NCBI GenBank assembly: GCA_951406725.2
Contig: OX597834.1
Location: 37,634,001-37,698,000, forward strand
Origin: Octopus vulgaris
Lineage: Eukaryota
Reading direction: 5' to 3'
DNA length: 64,000 bases
Made by a program: the position numbers and the translations under genes. Below are positions 1-10,868 of this stretch, one piece after another (the stretch's first letter is position 1; each line of letters opens with the position of its first letter). The notes below the pieces were generated by a model, which did no database searches, had not been told where the DNA came from, and saw only the letters and a program-made list of their open reading frames with translations.

Positions 1-135
1 TACTTAATTTATCGACCCCGAAAGGATGAAAGGCAAAGTCGACCTCGGCGGAATTTGAACTCGGAACGTAGCGGCAGACGAAATACCGCTCAGTATTTCG
101 CCCGGCGTGCTAACGATTCTGCCAGCTCGCCGCCT
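1..135 (-). mobile_element. tRNA-derived SINE, family 1 (Meta-domain-like core), 5' part
   Basis: Minus strand reads GGCGGCGAGCTGGCAGAATCGTTAGCACGCCGGGCG...GAGTTCAAATTCCGCCGAGGTCGACTTTGCCTTTCATCCTTTCGGGGTCGATAAATTAAGTA, with A/B-box-like motifs; more than 15 copies in the window. Confidence 0.9.
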
Positions 136-822
136 TAATTATTAGCACGCCGGCATGCTAATGATTCCGTCAGCTCAGCGCCTTTATATCATCCCAGAAA
201 TCAGAATAAAGACGAAATGATCACGATTGGAACCATTTTGATGGCAGGTGAGCCAGACCAGAACCGATCTGGGTGAATCGAGTTCAGTCGTAGTCATATC
301 GACACCTGCAAGAAGAACGAAGAGAACACCAAGAACAAGAAGACGATGGCAACGTCAGCAAGACCATCGACGCTTAAAGCAAGTTTAACTATGCCATCGA
401 CGACAGCGTTTACCACCACGACGACGGCGACGACCATAACAACAACAGCGATACATCAATGTCGTCCTAGAGTAGTTTACATTTTTTTTAATGTGTGAGA
501 GAGAGATCGATCGTTATTTATTTTAACGAGATAATTATCAAGATTGATTGATAGATAGGCAAATAGATTGTGTGTACGTGTAATATATAAATACACATAT
601 GAATGTATTATATATATATACACACATATGTAATTTAAATGGTCTTACCATAGAATTGCAAATAAACTCTAGGAATAATTGACTTAGTAAAACAATTCTG
701 GAGAATATATATATGTCGACTGTTCTCTAACCTAGTCAGCACTTACTCTTTCAACTTCTATTTATTATATCTTAAGTCTCACACACACGCCTACATATAC
801 ACTGATGAACGCACGCGCTGTA

Positions 823-885
<63 letters not shown>

Positions 886-889
<4 letters not shown>

Positions 890-1593
890 ATGGTATTATT
901 AAAATACCATCACGAGTGGCCAGCGAATTATCAGCCGTACAGTCAAATTAATAAAATATATACATACAATAATAGATATGTATGTATTTACATATACACA
1001 AGGGCACTACATGAGTACCTACATCGCTAAATTAGAAGTCAAAAATACTTCTGTTCCACCGGTACCAAGTTGACCGGCATTTACTTGTTCTGACCCAGTA
1101 AAGGTAAGACGTTGATTGATTGATTGATTCTAGTTTCAGCTCATGAGCTGTGGCCATGCTGGGGCACCGCCATTTGTTCATTTATTATTGTTCACTGATA
1201 TTTTTTTCCTATCATGTCTGTAATAGATTTGTGACTATTCGGTGGTACAGAGGTATTTTTGACTTCTAATTTAGCGATGTGAATGCTCATGTAGTGCCCT
1301 TGTGTATATATGTACAGGACGTATAAATAAGGGGCAGTTAGTCTGATCGCCCCGTGTGTATACGTTTAACTCTAGGTGTTCCTGCTGAAGACGATTGCAC
1401 CCGACGGGTTCATTTACTCGCTAAACTAAAATCAGAAACCATTTGGTCCAGGAAACCAGATGGTAAAATGTTTGTATTTTTTATTTCGTTCCTGTTGAAT
1501 TTTATCCCTAATTTTTGTGGTTATAGAACCTATCTGTTCTTTCTAGCGTGTTGAATCCTATGACTGGATTCCTCATGTGTTTAAATATACACT
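886..1593 (+). mobile_element. (TA)n-flanked non-autonomous PLE-like element with inverted segment and hammerhead motif
   Basis: Bounded by TA tracts; ~75-bp inverted repeat (987-1061 vs 1240-1314); hammerhead motif at 1379-1454. Confidence 0.6.
1379..1454 (+). ncRNA. Type-I hammerhead ribozyme motif
   Basis: TTCCTG-CTGAAGA-c-GATT...AATC-a-GAAA-CCA-tt-TGG-TC-CAGGAA: 6-bp stem I, intact core, GUC cleavage triplet. Confidence 0.75.
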
Positions 1594-1924
1594 GTATATA
1601 TATATATATATCCATCTAAGAATCCATAAGTCAGGAAAAATTGCTCTCGTATATTTGTCAGTAAAGTGGCTATATTAATCAAAGTGTACAGTATTATATA
1701 TCCATTAAAGCCGATCTTACCGATCAGTTTCGCACAATGGCGGTCGCCATATTTCATTTCATAACTACCAACTCCGAAGAGCGCAGGGTTACACAATCGG
1801 GTAGTAAGCTAATGCTCCGTTGAATCCCGAGTGCGAAACCGATCGATAAGCTCTGCTGTAATGGATATATAATATTGTAGACTTCGATTAATATATATAT
1901 CGATTAGATTATCGGATGCTGTTA

Positions 1925-2185
1925 TACATCGCTGGTCACAATGCGTTTTGCATCGTATTAGTTTTAGAATGGTGCCACCCTAGTGAGTAGGCGAGAAGGC
2001 CAACATTCCTCCTGATCGGAAAGGCTAGTCCGTCGCAGGGTTGTCCATTTACAGCTGAGTGGACTGGTGCAATGCGAAATGAAGGGTTTTGCTCAAGAAC
2101 ACAATGCACCACCTGGTCTGGGAATCGAACCCACTATCTACCGATCGTCAGTGTAGTATCCTAACCACTACGCTACGCACCTTCA
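1925..2185 (-). mobile_element. tRNA-derived SINE, family 3-related, diverged
   Basis: Minus-strand head with TAGTGGTTAGG A-box and GGTTCGATTCCC B-box, followed by TCTTGAGCAAAACCCTTCATTTC core shared with 12615-12945 and 52900-53137. Confidence 0.75.
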
Positions 2186-2334
2186 CATGGGTATGGGGGG
2201 GTAATTGTATAGGTTACTATTAGTTTTATGTCCTAATAACTCTTCACCAGGTCCTGTCTGTCTGTTTGTCTGTCCCTGTCTGTTTTTCTCCCCCCCCCCC
2301 ACTCTTTCTCTCTGTATATAATTTACTGTTCCGT

Positions 2335-2820
2335 AAAGTTAAGATCAACGAACAAGTGCTCCACCCAGTGAGAGATAAATATCATTTAATGTGCACCGTA
2401 TAAAGACAATTGCTAGTAATATTTTCTTGCTGTGAGGACACGTGGCTAAGCATGTTTTTATAATGTACCTTGTGTCACCAAACAATCTACGGGTTCCAAG
2501 CACATGGTCTGTTGAAAATTAGGGTACTGTTACATGAGAAACCACGAGAAAAAATAAAACGAGATGACTGATGCAAAATGTGGAAGGCTGAATAACAACT
2601 GAAAAAGAAGAGAAGAGAAAAATTTCTTCTCCTTCGACCGTTTCACCCTTCCACTTTTTACATCAACCATCTCGATTCTTCTGCTGGTTTCTTAATATAC
2701 TTGCCTCCTTATTTTCAAATTGAACAGAATATATGCTCAGCGTCCGCAGACTGCTTGTACATAAAAAAAAAACACGTTATAAAAACCTGACTAGTGACGT
2801 GTCTTCACAGCAAGAAACTA
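2335..2820. repeat. Degenerate fold-back (long inverted repeat) element; left arm repeated at 3404-3690
   Basis: TTTCTTGCTGTGAGGACACGT (~2423) vs ACGTGTCTTCACAGCAAGAAA (~2797); GATGCAAAATGTGGAAGGCTGAA vs TTCACCCTTCCACTTTTTACATC. Confidence 0.65.
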
Positions 2821-3335
2821 ATGCTCGGACTTATCTGTCTGCTGTGTAAATGATTATATATATATATATACACATAAAAGCTTCATACGTATCTTCAATA
2901 TTACATATGGTAGAATTATAGATAAAAAGAAAGGAAAATTATTAATAGGAGTTGCATATTATGGCTTGAAACTTCCTATTCAGAAATACATAAGCAATTG
3001 TTGGACGAATAGAATACAACCACTTAACGCAAATATTTAGGCAGCTTATTATAAGTTTTTCTTCAATAGCAGTGAAAACATCCGGTCTTGCATCATGGGA
3101 ATAGACTTATGATAAGGATCACAACTTATTACATATTAATATCGCTCGCAGGGCTGGAATATTTGTTGGGATTTGTCAATGCCGTGAATTCGATTGTCAT
3201 CCGCTGAAATGAAATTCGTGCTTTCGCATATAGAAAACTGTAAATAATGCATTGACTGGTATTGCGGAAGCTTGCCCAGCTGGAGCAAAGGTCGGTATAT
3301 GCAACTGAAACAGCATTGAAGTCCTAACACACACG

Positions 3336-3369
<34 letters not shown>

Positions 3370-3701
3370 TGTATGTATGCATGTATGTATGTATGGGTTT
3401 GGTGTTTCCGTTAAGATCAACAAGAAAAAGACTCCATCCAATAAAAGATAACTATCATTTAATGTATACAGTATAAAGGTAAGAGCTAGTAACAGTTTCT
3501 TGCTGTGAAGACACGTGTCCAGGCAAATTTTTGTAACGCGTATAGTGTCTCCAAGCAATCTTCGAGTTCTGAGAGCAAGGCCGCTGGTACAAGAGAAATC
3601 ACGAAGTAAAAAGGAGGAAACGGTAGATGCAAAAAGTGGAAGGGTGAATAGGAAAGGAAAAAGAAAGAATAGAAGAGAAAATCGCTGTTATGTCTCCGAG
3701 A

Positions 3702-4076
3702 TGAAATACCTATTTCTTTACTACCCACAAGGGGCTAAAAGCAGAGAGGACAAACAAGGACAGACAAACGGATTAAGTCGATTATATCGACCCCGAAAGG
3801 ATGAAAGGCAAAGTCGACCTTGGCGGAATTTGAACTCAGAAATACCTATTTCTTTAAAACCCACAAGGGGCTAAACATAGAGGGGACAAACAAGGACAGA
3901 CATAGGTATTAAGTCGATTACATCGACCCCAGTGCGAAACTGGTACTTAATTTATCGACCCCGAAAGGATGAAAGGCAAAGTCAACCTCGGCGGAATTTG
4001 AACTCACAACGTAACGACAGACGAAATACCGCTAAGCATTTCGCCCGGAATGCTAACGATTCTGCCAGATTACCGC
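3702..4076 (-). mobile_element. SINE family 1, head-to-tail dimer
   Basis: Two consecutive units joined at GAAATACCTATTTC. Confidence 0.88.
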
Positions 4077-4592
4077 TTTTAAGCGTTGCATTATATTGAC
4101 TACATTTTATCCGTTCTACCAAAGTGGAAATCAAAAAGATGATGTGAATACTCTGACGAGATTCGAACTGGAAACGATGAGGTATATCAACGAGTTTATC
4201 GTAAAGTTTCTAGAAATGTACTCGGCCTTTCACCACTTTACTCTCCAGAGGTTAAACTGCAGAGATTCAGGCTGCACATCAGCCGCATTAATCTCACAAA
4301 TCTTTGAGTGCGACTGATGAGTGCCACAGCCATTGATCTTCCTACTTCAATAACAACAAATAAAAGATGGAAAAAGAGAAGTAATTTTCGTTTTTGGATT
4401 TGGTTTGCAAGATTATTTATATGAGTTCGTGTGTTGAAACATATTCTGTTATGTCTGGGGAGAGTCATTCTCTGTGGAAATTTTACCGGCGAGTGTGTTA
4501 AATAATAAGGCACTAAAAGAGAATGACTCTCTCCAGACACAAGAGAAGTAATTTATTTGAACAAAATGTCTGCCTGCCTCTCTCTCCCTCTG

Positions 4593-4659
<67 letters not shown>

Positions 4660-5048
4660 CTTTCTTTCTTTTACTTTAATGGATATTGTACCAACATCGA
4701 GAGCAATAACAGCAACGATAGCAACCTTCCACGCTGCAATTGTTTTTTTGTTTCAGCACACGATCTCAGATCAGGTCACATACTATGCAAGTACATCTCC
4801 GTAATATATATATATATATAGCAACAATGGGAAGAAAAATTAACAACAATAACAATTGCAACAACAAAAAATAACACCAAGACAACAACAGCAACAACTA
4901 CAACAGTAACGTTAACACTGACATCAAGAACACCGCCAACAGCGTAACAGCAGATAATAACTTAAGCGACCAAAGCGGTGTGGGTGGATTTAGTAGACGG
5001 AAACTGAAGGAAACCCACCGTGTATGTGTGCGTGTGCGTGTGTGTATA

Positions 5049-5365
5049 CAATTGCAGCGTGGAAGGTGTTTATAAGTAATTTATAAGCACACAAAAACCG
5101 TTAGATTCACTTCAACATTTAAATATAATTTGCCAAAATATTTTCGTCGCTGCATCTCAGAGATGAGGCACGGAATTTTGTCAGTGAAAAGGTCGCGGTT
5201 TCAAAGCGACGAAAATATTTTGACAATTTAGATTTAAATGTTGAAGTGAATCTAACGGTTTTTGTGTTTTTAAATGGCTTATAAACACCTTCCACGCAGC
5301 AATTGTTTTTTTTGTTTCAGCACACGATCTCAGATCAGGTCACATGCTATGCAAGTACATCTCCG

Positions 5366-5367
<2 letters not shown>
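5049..5367 (+). mobile_element. (TA)n-tailed non-autonomous PLE-like element with inverted 5' segment
   Basis: Inverted repeat 5049-5151 vs 5204-5305; 3' 80 bp duplicated at 4724-4803; partial copy at 44421-44552; hammerhead-like fold at 5178-5226. Confidence 0.65.
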
Positions 5368-5401
<34 letters not shown>

Positions 5402-5402
<1 letters not shown>

Positions 5403-5690
5403 GCGCAGGCGTGTCTGTGTGGTAAGAAGCTTGCTTCCCAACCACATGGTTCCGGGTTCAGTCCTACTGTGTGGAACCTTGCGCAAGTGTCTTCTACTAT
5501 AGCCTCGGACTATATAAATCTTATGAGGGGATTTGGTAGGCGGAAACTGAAAGAAGCCCGTCGTATATATATGTTTGTGCGTGCGTGACTGTGTGTCTTA
5601 GTGGTTCAGCAAAATGGGTTAGACGGAATAAGAACCAGGCTTTGAAAATAAGTCCTGGAGAATAAAATAATAAAAGAATACCTAAAGAAT
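5402..5690 (+). mobile_element. tRNA-derived CORE-type SINE, family 2
   Basis: GGCGCAGGCGTG..TGTGTGGTAAG head, GGTTCAGTCC B-box, CORE-like ACCTTGCGCAAGTGTCTTCTACTATAGCCTC. Confidence 0.85.
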
Positions 5691-6044
5691 AAAAAAATAA
5701 CAAAAAAAAAACATCACCATCACCACCACTATCCCCACCACCGACATCAATAACATGAATATTATCCAGATTAACATCAATAACAACAAGAATAATAAGA
5801 AGACAACAGCAATAAACAATATTGAAATGTTATGAAGGCTAACTTGTTTTTTTTTTTTTGGTTGTTTTTGCCATAATTACAACTAAGAACACGAAATAAC
5901 AACAACAATAAAAACAAAGTTTTAAAAAAATTGTTCAGAGAAATTGAACAAACATATATAAACACCAGAAAACAGCAGAAAATACCAGTGTTTCTTTTTT
6001 TTTTTTATTATTTTTGCATATTTACGACACGCAGGCAGACAGGA

Positions 6045-6100
6045 TATATATATATATATATACACAAATATATATATGTGTATATATATATATATATATG

Positions 6101-6146
<46 letters not shown>

Positions 6147-6455
6147 ATATATATATATATGTGTATATATATATATATATATGTGTATATATATATATAT
6201 AGGTATACATATATACGTATACATATATATATATGTATATATATATGTATATATATATGTATATATATATTATACATATATATGTACACATATATATGCA
6301 TATGTGTATATATATATGTATATATATACATATGTATATATATATATGTATATATATATGTGTGTGTGTATATACATGTGTATATATATATATATGTGTG
6401 TGTATATATATGTATATATATATATATAGAGAGAGAGAGTGAGAGAGAGAGAGAA
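6045..6455. repeat. Compound (TA)n/(TG)n/(GA)n microsatellite
   Basis: Direct inspection. Confidence 0.95.
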
Positions 6456-7421
6456 ATGTAGAGTGCGGGAGAGTGATGGGATTGTCAGGTATGACTGTTT
6501 AAAATGAATTTGAAGGGTCTTTTAATTTTTTGCTCTCCCTCATCAGACATATGCGTATGTAGGTGTGTGTTTGTATATATGTATACATATGTATGCACAT
6601 GTGTGCGAATGTATGTATATATATACGTGTGTGTGTGTGTGTGTGTGTATACATATGAGTATGTATGTATATATATATAAAGTTAATCCAAACAAGAAAG
6701 CACAAAAAAACACAACATATATATATATATATATATATCCGTGTACGTATGTATATGAGTTTATATGTGTGTGTATGTATATATACGCATAAGTATAGGT
6801 GTACGTATGTGTGTGTATATGTGCGCGTTGGTATATATATATATATATGTGCATGTGTGTATTGTGGTGCATATATATATTTGATTATTTGTGTATGTAC
6901 ATATATGCATGCATGTGAGTGTGTATATGTGTGAGTGTCTATATATTCCTTTACGTGGATAAACAGAGTTAAAATGAAATTACACCCCAATGATATATCT
7001 GAAAATTAAATAAAAAACAACAAAAAACAAAATAGACGTGAACAAAAATAGACAAGTATAAATACCATAAAAAGAGAAACAGCAGCAGACAAACAAATAA
7101 ACAAATAAAATAAATCAATAAATAATATTAGAAAATGGTACTAACGTAGAGTTATGCAATTACATACATATATACATATATATGTATTATATATATCTAT
7201 CAATTATATATATATATAAGTACTATATACATATATATATATATTTTATATATATATATATATTTATTTATATATAAGTATTGTATTTGTAGGTATATAT
7301 GTATATGCCCACAACTATCGATGTATATGTATATACGTACGTATAGATGTATGTACCTATATATATATGTGTGTGTCTGTATTTCTGTCGGTGTACGTAT
7401 ATCAGTGCCTACTATATATGC

Positions 7422-7455
<34 letters not shown>

Positions 7456-7813
7456 CTGTGTGTGGTTGTATTTGTCTGCGTGCATGTTTGTGTGTGAGTA
7501 TGTATATATATATATGGGTGTGTATGTTTATGTTTGTGTGTTTGTCTGCGTTTCTGTTTGTGTATGTATATCAGTGCATACTACATATATGCATATATAC
7601 GTATAGATATATGTCTGTATTTGTGTACGTGTATGTGTGTGTGTGTGAGTGTACGTGTGTGTGTGTGTTTAGTACAAATGAATTCGAAGTGAACTCTAAT
7701 AAGATGCTGGAATCTAATATATAAAGACGGTCAATCAATAACAAACGAACAGTGTTAGATGTGGTGTGAGTACATGAAGGACTGTCATGTAGATAACAAC
7801 AACAACAACAACT

Positions 7814-7852
<39 letters not shown>

Positions 7853-7944
7853 TACTACTACAACATTAGAAACAACGTTTGTGCCTTCGCCAATACAAAC
7901 GCCATTTTTTTTTTCCTTAAACTTTCCATCAATATGAACATGTA

Positions 7945-8154
7945 TCTTTTATCTTCTACTTGCTTCAGCCGTTAGACTGCGGCCATGCTGGGGCACCGCC
8001 TTGAAGAAATTTTAATCAAATGCATCGACTCCCTCCAATACTTATCGTCTTGTGCTTTTGTTTTCTTAAGCGCGGCGCTTATTCTGTGTGTTTTTGCCGA
8101 ACCGTTAATGTCACGGGGATGTAAACACACCAACAGCGGTTGCCAAATCATGGT

Positions 8155-8195
<41 letters not shown>

Positions 8196-8337
8196 GATGG
8201 GCTTCTTTCAGTTTCCGTCTGCCAAATCCACTCACAAAACTTTGGTCTACCCGAGTGTATAGTAGAAGACACTTTGCGCAAGGTGTCACACAGCGGGACT
8301 GAACCCGGAACCATGTGAATGGGAAGCAAACCTCTTA
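7945..8337 (-). mobile_element. CORE-type SINE, family 2
   Basis: Near full length; 3' tail GGCGGTGCCCCAGCATGGCCGCAGTC on minus strand. Confidence 0.85.
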
Positions 8338-8488
8338 GCCCCCCCCCCCCCCACATACACTACAGCGCTCTTTCGGTTTCCGTCTAACAAATCCACTTAC
8401 TAGGCTTTTGTCTGCCACGCAGCCACGTCTGAACATTAACAACAACAATAATACCATTGTTCTCTATCCTTACCATCACCTATACCAC

Positions 8489-8727
8489 TAAATACCTATT
8501 TCTTTACTACCCACAAGGGGCTAAAAACAAAGAGGACAAGCAAGGACAGACAAACGGATTAACTCGATTATATCGACCCCAGTGTGTAACTGATACTTAT
8601 TTAATCGACCCCGAAAGGATGAAAGGCAAAGTCGACCTCGGCGGAATTCGAACTCACAACGTAACGGCAGACGAAATACCGCAAAGCATTTCGCCCGACG
8701 TGCTAACGTTTCTGCCAGCTCGCCGCC
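8489..8727 (-). mobile_element. SINE family 1, full-length unit
   Basis: Head through CCCCTTGTGGGTAGTAAAGAAATAGG tail. Confidence 0.9.
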
Positions 8728-8796
8728 TAAATACCATAGACACTACTAATAATGGCAGCAACCACACTACCATCAACACTAGCACCGGTACCATTT

Positions 8797-9120
8797 AGTC
8801 AGTTCCCCCTGTGCCACGAGGCACATAAGTCCACAACATGTTCTCTCCATCCAGCTCTGTTTACTGCCTCTGTTATGGTCTCGTTCCGGCTTCTCCCCTC
8901 TTCTCGTCTCCTTTCTTTGCCAACGGTCCTTTGAGCCAGTTCCCCCTGTGCCATGAGGCACATAAGTCCACAATATGATCTCTCCATCCAGCTCTATTTT
9001 CTGCCACTATTCTGGGCTCGTTTCTGCTTCCCTACCATTTTCGTCTCTTTTCCTTGTTGATGGTCCTTCAACCCTTGTGGGTTTTCAGGGCTCCCTGATG
9101 CTCTCCCCACCTCAGGCTGT
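8797..9120 (-). mobile_element. Two tandem 3' ends of an RTE-clade LINE
   Basis: Duplicated CAGTTCCCCCTGTGCCA(C/T)GAGGCACATAAGTCCACAA; minus translation AVNRAGWREHVVDLCASWHRGN* resembles RTE ORF C-termini. Confidence 0.6.
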
Positions 9121-9179
9121 CAATTTAGCGACCAACATCACCTTTATTTTCAACAGCATCAGGAAAACAGTGCTACTAA

Positions 9180-9645
9180 CCGCCGCCGCTGCCACCATGT
9201 ATATCAACAACAATGTTACCACCACCACCACCACCTCTATTAACACCTTCACCACCGCAACCAACACCAACAACGCCTTCACTACTACCACAACAACCAA
9301 CAAGACCATCACTACTATCATTAATATAATCACCACCACCACCAACACCTTCACTGCCATCACCAGCGCCGCCACAATCAGCACTACAACCACCCCCAAC
9401 ACCACCATCTCGACCACCACCACCACCACAATCAACCACCTCCACCACCACCACCACCACCACCACAATCAACCACCACCACCACCACTACCACCACCAC
9501 TCACCACCACCACCACCACCACCACCATCATCACAATCAACCACCACCACCACCACCACCACCACCACCACCACCACCACCACCATCATCACAATCAACC
9601 ACCACCACCACCACCACCACCATCAACAACAACCACAACAACAAA
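9180..9645. repeat. Degenerate (ACC/CAC)n trinucleotide repeat
   Basis: Direct inspection. Confidence 0.9.
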
Positions 9646-10054
9646 CGGTTTTGTCGTCATTCATCGCCAGTCTCTATAATCACTGCGAGCAGGAATCAAT
9701 GCTATCTGTTACAGACACACTTTGGTCTGTGGGTGTCAGACGCAAAGTCACACTTTAACTTTGGCCTTTCACACAACGGCAATGGACTTCTTAACAAGGA
9801 AACTGTTAAACTAATCGGTCTGGGGAATACTTCAGAAAATCTGTTTAAAACGATTGTCAGAAGCGATTGTCTTGTTTTGTAGTTGTGATGAATGAACTCG
9901 TCTAAAAACGCTGCGAGTTTTCTTTTTTCTTGTTTTGTTTTTGTTTTTTTACGAAGTGACGCACGTCGTCCGTCACCCGCCTCTGCGTGTCTTGAGAACG
10001 GAAAAAGTGGGAATATTTCGGAAAATCTGCTATTCGCCGTCCGCCTCTGAGTGT

Positions 10055-10541
10055 ACTTGTACTTGTACTTGTGACGGCGTTCACCCAGGGCGGGTTGAGC
10101 CGGCTTCTTCTCTGGTCCTGACGGCATCACGAACCATAGCGGCCCACGTTCGACGGTCCTGTACGAGGTCACTGGAGATAGCGAGCCATTCGCGGTTCCA
10201 TAGGATTCATAGAAGAAGTTTCGTGGGAATATTGAATTCACAAGCGGTCCCTGACATCCTGCATGCATATCCCGAGTGACGAGACACCCTGTTTGCCGCG
10301 GAGTCTCCACAGACGCAGGGACAGAACGATCTCGAAGCCGCCGGTTGCCGATCAGACGCCTCTTGGAATTTTCACCAGAGCCCCGTTGGCCACGCTGCAG
10401 CCATAATACCGCTCGGTGCCAGATCAATCCACCTTGGGTGGCTCTACCAGGAACCGAAGTTCCCGACGCATAGCTCTGACGCTGCCCGTTTACACCACCC
10501 TACCGCTTTGAGGAGGAGTTGGATTTTAGGGTAGGGTTGGA
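10055..10541 (-). mobile_element. Short internally deleted non-autonomous RTE LINE derivative
   Basis: 10-bp TSD CTCTGAGTGT (10045-10054 / 10542-10551); (CAAGTA)n tail; RTE-like C-terminus WNREWLAISSDLVQDRRTWAAMVRDAVRTREEAGSTRPG* fused to a GC-rich 5'UTR-like segment. Confidence 0.85.
10426..10537 (-). ncRNA. Putative HDV-like ribozyme at the 5' end of the RTE derivative
   Basis: P1 ACCCTAC/GTAGGGT followed by GG; L3 TCCTCAAA; P2 AATCCAAC/GGTGGATT (1 mismatch); P4 with GGAAC-TTCG-GTTCC; J4/2 CCAA; P3 imperfect. Confidence 0.5.
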
Positions 10542-10681
10542 CTCTGAGTGTGACTCGTGAATAAGGAAAGTGGGAATGTTTCAGAAAATCTACCATCCGT
10601 CGTTCGCCTCTGAGTGTGACTCGAAGATGAGAAAAGTGGGAATATTTCAGAAAATATGTTTAAAACGATTGTCAGATACCT

Positions 10682-10868
10682 TGATGAATTCTTTGCCATG
10701 AAACCACCTCAATTCTGGGAAGAGGGTATTTTCAAGTTAAAGGAAAGATGGAGACGCATTGTGCAACAAAATGGTTCATATTTGGTTGATTAAAACCATA
10801 ATGGCAAGTATTTATTGAACTTTTCCTTTCTTTTAAAAATCGGAACGAACTTTCCGGACAACCCAATA
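10682..10868 (+). mobile_element. mariner transposon 3' end with TIR
   Basis: EFFAMKPPQFWEEGIFKLKERWRRIVQQNGSYLVD*, then ACGAACTTTCCGGACAACCCAATA; same TIR at ~53588-53613. Confidence 0.85.

Larger units (their letters stand above)
9821..10676 (+). repeat. Short tandem satellite (~65-bp unit AAAGTGGGAATATTTCAGAAAATC...CGCCTCTGAGTGT) interrupted by an RTE-derived insertion
   Basis: Unit fragments at ~9821, 10001, 10566 and 10630. Confidence 0.7.

Noticed and set aside
183-330. Strong-looking minus-strand splice acceptor (..TTCTTCTTGCAG at 306) and short frame GVDMTTTELDSPRS
   Set aside because: The pyrimidine tract derives from a simple repeat; there is no convincing donor, homology or partner exon.
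802-808. Isolated CTGATGA (also 4314-4320)
   Set aside because: No downstream stem II-GAAA-stem III, so not a hammerhead.
9702-10427. 241-aa minus-strand ORF
   Set aside because: It runs through the RTE leader out of frame with the RTE C-terminus, across the TSD and into flanking satellite; no recognisable domain.
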